Virus record (IMG/VR): IMGVR_UViG_3300024284_000018
Location: 1-30,015 of that record
Source: a virus
Lineage: Duplodnaviria > Caudoviricetes
Length of the DNA stretch: 30,015 bases
Reading direction: 5' to 3' (one strand)
The notes under the pieces were generated by a model. That model was not told where the DNA came from, did not search any database, and was given only the letters and a program-made list of their open reading frames with translations. Of the stretch, positions 17,901 through 24,412 are shown one piece after another (position 1 is the stretch's first letter; each line of letters opens with the position of its first letter). The position numbers were made by a program, and so were the translations under genes.

Positions 17901-18293
17901 CACTCTCACCCAATTACGCTAACGACCAACGCGGCTACGTTTGTTGCCTCGTTTACTGTGCCAACATCTTTGACCGTTGTGGGGGCTAAATTCTCAGCCA
18001 CGACAGAAATTAAGGATGCAACCGATATTGCGACTTTGACCGAGGAGTTTAGAATCTCGTCGGTAAACAAAGCCGGGACCGTGACGGCTACTAATTCCGC
18101 TCCAATAGCGGCTACGATAGCGACCGGAGCGGCGACGATAGCTAACACCTGGACGGTTTCAGTTTCGTCAACCACAGTATCAATCAACTGCAAGTGTGTG
18201 ACCGGAGGTATCCAAGCCACAACATCAAGGCTGGTTGGTGCAAGGATAGAATTGGATTCAGACAGCTTCTCAATCGTTAATTGGGCACCTTGA
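14985..18293 (+). CDS. Large fibre/spike-like protein with signal peptide and diverged GH27 (alpha-galactosidase-like) domain
   Basis: Signal-like MRTILILLSFLITANGLAQ; G/S/T/N-rich; the central region follows the order of GH27 motifs and ends in a melibiase C-terminal beta-sandwich-like segment (NIWQDP...GDVAVWFIN...EVWT...SFTVSVPA). Confidence 0.7.
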   Translation: MRTILILLSFLITANGLAQVPYVSAATNSPTDGYVLTRSGGTGGNNKWSVAGGGGSFLTNVVTTNTSAGVTNLIQTAGFWVTNPATAGSISNRFVGDVRIGTSATIDAGAGSVMSLGKGSFSPTPDISPFNVGGMLITPSADGNNGLFTYNHTAGSAPYPFTAGWDSRPGGFADAGSPGQSLVGLWTYWQNNKLENGATYTAWMDSLSGSVGGARDLPAHGSEVWSNQRKPYFVIVASNTNLSQTTMSNTIASFYSHGFGVLTNLGVPLAYDLENYWLTNHRSGTYPLNYLAWNTNAWPLATSNPTNLTWYLRTNQFETWLMMYADTIVPTANNTEMDIDAFTATTFWEYPNGVNGIPVNGLMQPMMTVNTIHKDVTKLYQWDVGGIILQDSAPRSGVPGALEQVMNTFTKAIQYPNPSSYPSTATEGYWASFYPNRMNMHGMIVGYLYQPASLPFPISMEYSANGAAVETGNFPVEPGSTGLLRQMVSIMRPCMYSLTNWMPKTVYWILNADALLYTGWDYADCKAFLSCVAMTTANEWVRSWDGGVLTNTSFLTLTTNTGYINIWQDPAQNRLKVINFGATNQIVSKTLYNGDVAVWFINEDPAVATNLTVNWNQLNISSNYPAVVTEVWTNSLLGSYTNSFTVSVPAASSTVIKFSPVIGSGLSNYVQTAVASAVGPGTINQLAMFTSVSNVGNSILDQVSTNMIEQRSGISGSMTNANTNRIYGRVTSATDVEALELVGAGGLNGVSKLHTVQGSASTAGTTALYVQDSWGIEPITPQSGHSAGNIYPLADDAYTIGSTSAKVRGFTAGTSGYVAIVNTASPNFGTGASGYGLYMHAAGIDIGNGVGQVITLATNIGTAVSGQGSDYGNGTIVFGASLSHPDVFIHRPQLLRALAVTTNNNSTSKATGALVVGSASDDNAVNRAGGDLTLAGGPASGNGTNGDISLGTFMQGASGFAYNNVQTNRLTIHSHPITLTTNAATFVASFTVPTSLTVVGAKFSATTEIKDATDIATLTEEFRISSVNKAGTVTATNSAPIAATIATGAATIANTWTVSVSSTTVSINCKCVTGGIQATTSRLVGARIELDSDSFSIVNWAP

Positions 18294-18295
18294 TT

Positions 18296-18778
18296 ATGAA
18301 AAACTTCATCACCTTAATCGCAATAGTCTGTGTCAGTTCGCTCATTGGACTTGGCCTGAGCGCGGTTGATGGGGTGCGACAAGTGGTGGGTGGAACCGAT
18401 ACAGTGGGGGCGCTTTCAGCGTCCAGCCTCCCAACGGGGCTTTTGACGAACAATCAGAGCACGTTGGTGGTGTTCAGAAACGATTTTCACGCAACAAATG
18501 GTATTGCTTCCAAAGCCAAAAATCTGACGGCACCAACATCAATCACTGTTGGATCTTCGCCATTTAACTGGACCAACAGCTCTGCGACAGCAGGCGGTGG
18601 GACCAATAACGTTATGGTTTATATTGATGCCTTCAGTGGGGACGTTAATAGCGTGTCAATGAACGGTGGTCAGATTGGAGGAAGCTCGCCTGGTGTTTAT
18701 TCGGTTCCTTTGCAACCAGGAGAGTATGTAACCGTGGACTATGCCGTAGCTCCGGCAATGAAATTCAAACCATTCTAA
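18296..18778 (+). CDS. Exported/virion-associated protein, short paralog
   Basis: Signal-like N-terminus; shares N- and C-terminal blocks with 19128..19982. Confidence 0.75.
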   Translation: MKNFITLIAIVCVSSLIGLGLSAVDGVRQVVGGTDTVGALSASSLPTGLLTNNQSTLVVFRNDFHATNGIASKAKNLTAPTSITVGSSPFNWTNSSATAGGGTNNVMVYIDAFSGDVNSVSMNGGQIGGSSPGVYSVPLQPGEYVTVDYAVAPAMKFKPF

Positions 18779-18783
18779 AACTT

Positions 18784-19131
18784 ATGAGTGATTATCTTAA
18801 AGTTAGCGTTAAAAAGTACCGTTTTTTGCTAGCTCAAGTCCTAGCACTAGACCCAGTTGTTACGATTCTTGAGAACACACTCGGTCCAGTTGTTTTGACG
18901 AGAGTTAGCAATGGTTATTACAGGGCTACACTCGCGGGTGCTTTCCCAAAGGGAAAAGTCGCACATATCGCCGAAGCAGATGCTTACACAAATCCCGGTG
19001 AGCTTCTGACCTCGGGGCGCGAGAGTGACGATGTTATGTGCCTTAAGAACATATTTGTAGATGGCGGGACGCCTCAAGACATTGACAACCTCCTGGCCGA
19101 AGCATACGTCGAGTTCCGCGTTTACCCATGA
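18784..19131 (+). CDS. Putative virion protein, paralog of the 13275 C-terminal domain
   Basis: VKKYRFLLAQ...PVVTILENTLG...YRATLAGAF...EFRVYP versus VKVYRALLNQ...PVATVLENTLG...YTGTLVGAF...EILVYP. Confidence 0.72.
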   Translation: MSDYLKVSVKKYRFLLAQVLALDPVVTILENTLGPVVLTRVSNGYYRATLAGAFPKGKVAHIAEADAYTNPGELLTSGRESDDVMCLKNIFVDGGTPQDIDNLLAEAYVEFRVYP

Positions 19132-19982
19132 TCAAGTCCCTCACAATGATCGGCCTTGGTTGTCTCATCGTGATTGGCGTCTATGCCGCAGATGGGATCA
19201 GGCAAGTGATTGGTGGGACTGATACCGTAGGATCAGTTGGATTGGCCAACCTTCCAACGGGGGTGCTGACGAATAATCAGAGCACGGTGACGACGATCAA
19301 AAATGATCTGCTTGTCACCAATGGAATTTTGCATGTTCCGGTCAGCACCTCGACGACAGCATCAATCACAAACGATTCAGGTGCCGGAATTTCTCTAAGG
19401 AATAACCAAGTTGATATTTTTCAGAGCGGTGCTAATAAGGTGAGCTTCGGATCGTCCGGTCTTTACTACATCTACAACTCTCCAATAATTCTCGGTTTAT
19501 CTTCCGACTTGGGTATATCTCGAAACGGGGCAGCGGGCGTAATGCTGGTTGACGGTCAAAACAATTCATTTTCAGCACTTCAGTTTGGCGGTGGGACCGG
19601 AGCATACTCAGCGCTTGTAACAACCAACACTTCCGGCATTGCGGTAAAGACAGCGACGGGGGCGGCGTTCACAAATTTGACAGCTCAGGTTATTACTGCA
19701 ACGGCTGGGTTTTCTTCGTCTGCCCGAAACCTACTTGCTCCGATAGCAATAACCGTTGGTGCTTCGCCTTTTAACTGGACAAATTCATCAGCATCAGCGG
19801 GTGGTGGAACAAATATCGTGGAGGTTTACATTGATGGAGTAAGTGTGACCGGAACAGTCGCCATCAACGGCACGACCGTTTTTAACACCATTGGCCAAAA
19901 TACCATTCGGTTGCAGCCGGGGGAATATACTACGATCACATATACTCTCGGAACGCCAACGGCCACCTTCAAGAATTTCTGA
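19128..19982 (+). CDS. Exported/virion-associated protein, long paralog
   Basis: Signal-like N-terminus; DGIRQVIGGTDTVG and SPFNWTNSSA.AGGGTN...LQPGEY blocks shared with the 18296 gene. Confidence 0.75.
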   Translation: MIKSLTMIGLGCLIVIGVYAADGIRQVIGGTDTVGSVGLANLPTGVLTNNQSTVTTIKNDLLVTNGILHVPVSTSTTASITNDSGAGISLRNNQVDIFQSGANKVSFGSSGLYYIYNSPIILGLSSDLGISRNGAAGVMLVDGQNNSFSALQFGGGTGAYSALVTTNTSGIAVKTATGAAFTNLTAQVITATAGFSSSARNLLAPIAITVGASPFNWTNSSASAGGGTNIVEVYIDGVSVTGTVAINGTTVFNTIGQNTIRLQPGEYTTITYTLGTPTATFKNF

Positions 19983-20266
19983 TGAATATAAGCATTTCCG
20001 ATGCTATCCAACTCGGAACACTGTTCGGGATCGCGTACGTTGCTTTCAAGAACCGGCAGTCGGCCATGGTGGTTAAGGAAATTCATACGCTGTCAAATTC
20101 AGCAATGGCAGCCCAGTTGAGAATTGTGTGGTTACAGGCCAAGCGAATTTCTGAGTTGACGAAGGCTCAGCCCGATCTGGATATTGCAAATGAGGCAGAG
20201 AGGGTATATCTCGATCATCAAGCCAAGCAATCTTTAGTGGATTCTGAGAAACCCGGAGAACGCTAG
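19982..20266 (+). CDS. Small membrane protein (possible holin/lysis accessory)
   Basis: One N-terminal hydrophobic segment then a helical charged tail; TGATG coupling. Confidence 0.6.
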   Translation: MNISISDAIQLGTLFGIAYVAFKNRQSAMVVKEIHTLSNSAMAAQLRIVWLQAKRISELTKAQPDLDIANEAERVYLDHQAKQSLVDSEKPGER

Positions 20267-20288
20267 AGAAAGCGAGAAAGCTAAATGA

Positions 20289-20552
20289 ATGTCGATACTC
20301 GAAATTCCAACACCCCACGATGTCAACTGGAGCGTCCTCATACCCATCGCCGTGTCAGCCTCGGGAAGTTTGCTAGTGCTGCTCGCTGTCTGGGATCGTA
20401 TCCGAAAGGTGTTTGCGTCCAAGATCGAGTTTGAGTATTTGAAGGCCGAGGTTCACGACCTGCGCGTGCGTGTAGCAACACTGGAGAAAACAGATGGCAA
20501 GCTTGACCAAATTTTGGCCTCACTGGAGCGAAAGCGCAGGAGCCATGAATAG
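20289..20552 (+). CDS. Single-TM coiled-coil membrane protein (possible holin-like)
   Basis: WSVLIPIAVSASGSLLVLLAVW transmembrane segment followed by a coiled coil and basic C-terminus. Confidence 0.65.
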   Translation: MSILEIPTPHDVNWSVLIPIAVSASGSLLVLLAVWDRIRKVFASKIEFEYLKAEVHDLRVRVATLEKTDGKLDQILASLERKRRSHE

Positions 20553-20970
20553 TGTACTAATCGTGGATGATGACAGCGTGTATTCTCACCAGCTTGAGAA
20601 GCTTTTAAGTGGGCGCTATTTCGTTCACGCTGTCGAGACGCTTGCTCAGGCTATCAAGATATTCGGAACCGTTGCCTTTAACGCTGTTGTGCTGGACCTG
20701 GGTTTGCCGGATACGCATATAGACGACACGGTGTCCAGGATGAAGAAGGAATACCCGGACTGCGCCATTGTCGTGCTATCCGGCCACGAAGATCCTGAGC
20801 GAATCAAACGGTGCATTCGAGACTCAGCCTCAAGTTATCTCATTAAGGGACGCGATGACAAAACCCCGGATATGTTAGCAGCGGCCATTAACACGGCCAT
20901 GCTGAACAACGAGAAGAATGGCAAGGTGGAACAGGTCAGGAAACTTATCGAGAACGGCACGGAAATATGA
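20545..20970 (+). CDS. Stand-alone response regulator receiver (CheY-like) protein
   Basis: VLIVDDD, VVLDLGLPD (phosphoacceptor), IVVLSG and YLIKG motifs are all intact; AGGAG upstream of ATG 20545. Confidence 0.9.
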   Translation: MNSVLIVDDDSVYSHQLEKLLSGRYFVHAVETLAQAIKIFGTVAFNAVVLDLGLPDTHIDDTVSRMKKEYPDCAIVVLSGHEDPERIKRCIRDSASSYLIKGRDDKTPDMLAAAINTAMLNNEKNGKVEQVRKLIENGTEI

Positions 20971-21269
20971 AACTACAACTCGCAGCACTCTGGTCGAATC
21001 CGCACGCACGATATGCCGGGATGATCTATGCCGGAACCAAGCTTGGGCTTCGCATTGCTGAAATCTGGTTCCAAAGTTATTCAGTCAACCTCAGGCTCAC
21101 GGCTGATGCAATCGAGGGATTTGCTGTGATGTATGGTATCTCTGCTGCTGCCGCTGGAAACGCTCCGCTTAAAGAGGTGGGTGAGGACATTGAATCAAGT
21201 AAGGCACAGGCCAAGCTTGCTGCTGCTCAAGACCAGATGAGGAGTGCTGCACGGACCAGCTGGGATTAA
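20967..21269 (+). CDS. Small hypothetical protein, possibly membrane-associated
   Basis: ATGA overlap with the receiver gene; two moderately hydrophobic segments. Confidence 0.6.
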   Translation: MKLQLAALWSNPHARYAGMIYAGTKLGLRIAEIWFQSYSVNLRLTADAIEGFAVMYGISAAAAGNAPLKEVGEDIESSKAQAKLAAAQDQMRSAARTSWD

Positions 21270-21450
21270 CCCAGAGCGTTGTTCAGAGCAGACGCATCCC
21301 TGCTCGTTACTGTTTAGCTCTTTCGAGTGTATTAAACGTGCGTTCCTTTTCACATTCAGGACACACGCCACTATAAGCTACACAATGATGAATTGAGCAT
21401 ACCAGTTTGCATCACCTCCTTTCATAATATCCGATCCCTTGCATGTACTG

Positions 21451-22214
21451 TTAAGGATTAAGGCTGGACACTGGAAGTTTCAACACCTCTGCCTTAGTTG
21501 GTAACATAAACGAAAGTGCTGCTTGCCCACACTCAGGACCACAGGACAGCGGCTCTTTCCTGCGCGGCTTCTTAAACGGTCCGGGTGGAAGCTCGTCTAG
21601 AAAAATGCGTTCGTGGTGATGAATCTCAACAAGCATCACACCCAGCCGTCGAGATTGTTCGCACCTGCGTTTGAACACGACAGGGAAGTGAGTTCGTATC
21701 TTATCCCAATACCATGGGCCTGACGCCTTAACACACCCCGGACAATTGTTGTTATCGAATCCAAGATCGTACATTTCTGGAAGGCGAATCCCGCCAGATC
21801 CTTGAGAATCCATTTGAATCTGATTTCTGGATTGTGGGCACGGAACTTCTCAACCCTGTCATGTTCATAAGCAGTATAACCAAATACGTGAATATCATCC
21901 GGGCGTTGAAACGCGAGTCTCGGAACCTTTTTAAGCTCCGTGGTGCAACGAGCACCATTAACCCCTGCCATGTACTTAGTTTTCTCAAACACTTCATCAA
22001 CTGTGGCGTAATCCTCATTGCGTATGTAAGTGATCGGTTTACCAAACCACCGTTCACAGTCTGCCGAGAATCTGTAGTTATCCGATTGCTCACTTGGCCG
22101 GGTGTCACAACACACTGGAATCACCTCATGAGTGTCACTGAAGTAATCAATAGTCTTTTTAGTAGCAACTGCACTTGCAGCACCACAAGAGAACCAGCAT
22201 AAGATTCTATTCAT
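21451..22214 (-). pseudogene. PAPS-reductase/PP-loop family protein broken by a frameshift near 21795
   Basis: The N-part (frame of 21636..22214) has WFSCGAASAVA and RCTTELKK. The C-part (frame of 21451..21813) has LPEMYDLGFDNNNCPGCVK and CGPEC. The two halves are collinear but in different frames. Confidence 0.75.
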
Positions 22215-22224
22215 ATTCTATTCT

Positions 22225-22675
22225 GACGAATGAAGCGTTACGCCAACGACGCGGCCACTACCGGATCTTCCAGTAGGCTCATTCGCCCTTGCCGTGTTAG
22301 AGTCTGTTCGCATCAGCTTCTTAGTGCTTTAGCTTACGACCACAGGTGCCGAATCTTTTAAGACTTAACGGCTGGCTTACGGACTCTTTCTTGTAAGCGT
22401 TTACGCATCCCTCGTCGCTGGGATCAGCCTTTTCGCGTGTGACATCGCTACTTCCCGGCCCTCGCACCGACATGTACCGGCCCATGAGCTTTTCATGAGT
22501 ATTCGCGTTGCCGCCCCTTGGGTTTCCGCCCAAAGCAGGGTTGTGATTTTGATGCTGGCCACATGCCCAGTCATTCGAGGTTCTCCCGGCCATGCCATGC
22601 GTCCGGGAGTTAATCTATCGCAAACCGCTAAATCTCGCCCGTGCCCAACAGGGGCATGACACAAGGGCTAGTGTC
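22225..22675 (-). ncRNA. Large multi-hairpin non-coding RNA of unknown class
   Basis: At least ten short helices in ~450 nt, with G-U wobbles that only pair on the minus strand; no convincing ORF. Confidence 0.55.
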
Positions 22676-22684
22676 GGTTCAGGA

Positions 22685-22719
22685 AAGCAAAAACCCGAGG
22701 TGAACTTAATCACCTCGGG
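22685..22719 (-). terminator. Rho-independent terminator/attenuator within the leftward leader
   Basis: Minus strand CCCGAGGTGA-ttaagt-TCACCTCGGG followed by TTTTTGCTT. Confidence 0.75.
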
Positions 22720-22726
22720 GACGATG

Positions 22727-22843
22727 CTGTTCCGGTAGGAACTTCACAAGCGCGAAGGGCCAGTGGCGACACTGGTTTTACGGAACAGAATCTAAATTGT
22801 TTGTTTCGTTTTAGCACACTTGTTGGCTTCCTACAGCCTGAAC
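22727..22843 (-). ncRNA. C4/CI-like antisense regulatory RNA architecture
   Basis: 5' hairpin GGCT-GTAGGA-AGCC (GTAGGAA at 22834-22828) is complementary to TTCCTAC (22741-22735), which is single-stranded in a three-way junction closed by CTGTTCCG/CGGAACAG. Confidence 0.55.
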
Positions 22844-22849
22844 ACTTCC

Positions 22850-22878
22850 AGATTCACACACGACCCGATTCCATGCAA
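22850..22878 (-). promoter_or_regulatory. Candidate leftward promoter
   Basis: TTGCAT (22878-22873), 17-bp spacer ending in TGn, GAATCT (22855-22850). The predicted start near 22843 coincides with the first base of the RNA closing helix. Confidence 0.45.
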
Positions 22879-22901
22879 GCACTATTCCTAAAAAAGAAGT
22901 G

Positions 22902-22930
22902 TTGCGTGTGCTTGACTGGGGGTTTAGCGT
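22902..22930 (+). promoter_or_regulatory. Candidate rightward promoter giving a near-leaderless mRNA
   Basis: TTGCGT (22902-22907), 17-bp spacer, TAGCGT (22925-22930); 7 nt separate it from ATG 22938. Confidence 0.5.
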
Positions 22931-22937
22931 GGTTCCA

Positions 22938-23294
22938 ATGAAAAACCTGATTCTTCTTGGTTTTGTCCTCATTACATTCACGGTTATTGCTCAGACTAAC
23001 GTTGTCACAGCCCCGGTTGTTCAGGCTGCATCGGGTACAGCCCTGCTCCTAACCCTGATTCCGCTCATGGTCCCCGGTGCGGTAGCGGCGATTAAGTTCT
23101 TTTTGCCCAAGGTTCCAACGTTCCTGCTCCCGATTTTAGCCCCGGCCATCGGTGCCCTGATCGACTGGATTGGTTCCTTGGCCAGCGGTGGGCCTGCACA
23201 CCCGATTGGCGCGGCACTTTTAGGCTCTGCTGGTGTGGGCCTGAGAGAAATCTACTCTCAGGTTACTCAACAGATTAAAGGCAAAGAGACATGA
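22938..23294 (+). CDS. Multi-pass membrane protein (holin-like)
   Basis: Signal-like MKNLILLGFVLITFTVIAQ, then three hydrophobic segments and a charged C-terminus. Confidence 0.7.
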   Translation: MKNLILLGFVLITFTVIAQTNVVTAPVVQAASGTALLLTLIPLMVPGAVAAIKFFLPKVPTFLLPILAPAIGALIDWIGSLASGGPAHPIGAALLGSAGVGLREIYSQVTQQIKGKET

Positions 23295-23407
23295 TCATGC
23301 TTCGTGAGGACGAGCAGAAGATTGAACGCCAGAGGGCGCTGACTGTTTTAATCTGGTCACTGGTAGCCGCGATTCTGTTTTTAGCCCTGATATTATGGAT
23401 GAATTGA
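23291..23407 (+). CDS. 38-aa single-TM peptide (not in ORF track)
   Basis: ATGA overlap with the previous stop; MIMLREDEQKIERQRALTVLIWSLVAAILFLALILWMN. Confidence 0.55.
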   Translation: MIMLREDEQKIERQRALTVLIWSLVAAILFLALILWMN

Positions 23408-23556
23408 AATCCAAAATCAGAGAAAAGGCTGTTTTAGCCGAGCAATCCTTTCATGAATGGGAGAAGGAATCGCCCGGATGCGCTCAGGCATCGTTTCGTT
23501 CTGGCATGGCCTTCGCGCTACTGGAAGTTGAAAACCTGATTGACCAATGCCAATGA
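23395..23556 (+). CDS. 53-aa hypothetical protein (not in ORF track)
   Basis: MDELKSKIREKAVLAEQSFHEW...NLIDQCQ; its stop overlaps ATG 23553 (ATGA). Confidence 0.55.
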   Translation: MDELKSKIREKAVLAEQSFHEWEKESPGCAQASFRSGMAFALLEVENLIDQCQ

Positions 23557-23840
23557 AATACTTAGCCCCAATCCTCCTTATCATCCTCATCCAAGGCTGT
23601 GCTAGGTTTTCTTCATTTCAGGAGCAAACCGCGCCGGATGGGACAATGAAGAAGCAAAAGCAGACCGTTACCACGTTCTGGGACAGTCAAAGCACTGTGG
23701 CCAAACTTCGGGCGAGCACCACTGACAAAACACAGGGGTTGACGGTTGGACAGATTAGCGAGGAAAGTTCGAGTACAAACGTGGTCGATCTGGTTGAGCG
23801 TGTGGTGGGCGCGGCGGTAAAGGCAGCGGTCAAGCCGTGA
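23553..23840 (+). CDS. Lipoprotein (possible spanin-like component)
   Basis: MKYLAPILLIILIQGC signal peptide II with lipobox Cys. Confidence 0.75.
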   Translation: MKYLAPILLIILIQGCARFSSFQEQTAPDGTMKKQKQTVTTFWDSQSTVAKLRASTTDKTQGLTVGQISEESSSTNVVDLVERVVGAAVKAAVKP

Positions 23841-24412
23841 CCCCGGATGAACACCGGGAATATCGCTGGCCACTGGCGCATGGATTCAATCAATTTTACA
23901 ATTGGCTAATGGAAAGCAAACACGAACGCGAAGATAGGGGAGACAGTTATGACATTGCCAGAGCAATTCGAGAAGGATTTCAACGGTTGGTGTTAGCAAT
24001 TGAAACGCGAGCCGGTGAAGAACAAACCAGACTGATCCTCGAAAGGATCTGTCATAGCGAAAGGACAATAATGAGCGCAATTAGTGAGTTCTCTGACCGA
24101 GTAAATGCGAAGTTTGACGAAATAGGGGCCAGCGTTGACAGCGCCGTGACCGGCGTGGACGCAGCCAATACAAGCCTGACAGGAGTGGCCGCCGACGTGG
24201 AATTCCTCAAGGACGTGATCCAGAAGTTGCAGACCAATCCCGGTCCAATCACGCCCGAGGATCAGGCATTGCTGGATTCAGCCGAGGCGCGGGTTGGGAC
24301 ATTGGCAACCAAGACAACTGCCCTCAAAGACAGCTTGGGCACGTTATCAACAGCCCTTGGCGCGTTGGATGCGGCCACGGACAGTGCACCAACGCCAACA
24401 CCAACGCCGTAA
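23837..24412 (+). CDS. Coiled-coil protein with Pro/Thr tail; possible internal start at 24071
   Basis: Heptad-like A/T/D/L-rich helix ending in PTPTPTP; AAGGA precedes the internal ATG (MSAISEF). Confidence 0.7.
   Translation: MTPDEHREYRWPLAHGFNQFYNWLMESKHEREDRGDSYDIARAIREGFQRLVLAIETRAGEEQTRLILERICHSERTIMSAISEFSDRVNAKFDEIGASVDSAVTGVDAANTSLTGVAADVEFLKDVIQKLQTNPGPITPEDQALLDSAEARVGTLATKTTALKDSLGTLSTALGALDAATDSAPTPTPTP

Noticed and set aside
18361-19840. Diversity-generating retroelement TR/VR pair between the two paralogous genes
   Set aside because: Differences are mostly synonymous and not adenine-specific, and no reverse transcriptase is present in the window.
21770-21830. Programmed ribosomal frameshift in the PAPS-reductase-like gene
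   Set aside because: No slippery heptamer at the junction, and conserved residues appear to be missing, which favours a deletion or assembly error.
22321-22664. Minus-strand ORFs 22321..22593 and 22401..22664 as proteins
   Set aside because: No recognisable motifs or start/stop coupling; the region is better explained by RNA structure.
22225-22675. Group I/II intron, tmRNA or RNase P RNA
   Set aside because: A CAGACTCT segment loosely resembles the group I P7 strand, but no matching S, P or Q elements or flanking exons were found. There is no group II domain V, no tRNA-like ends and no GAGGAAAGTCC core.
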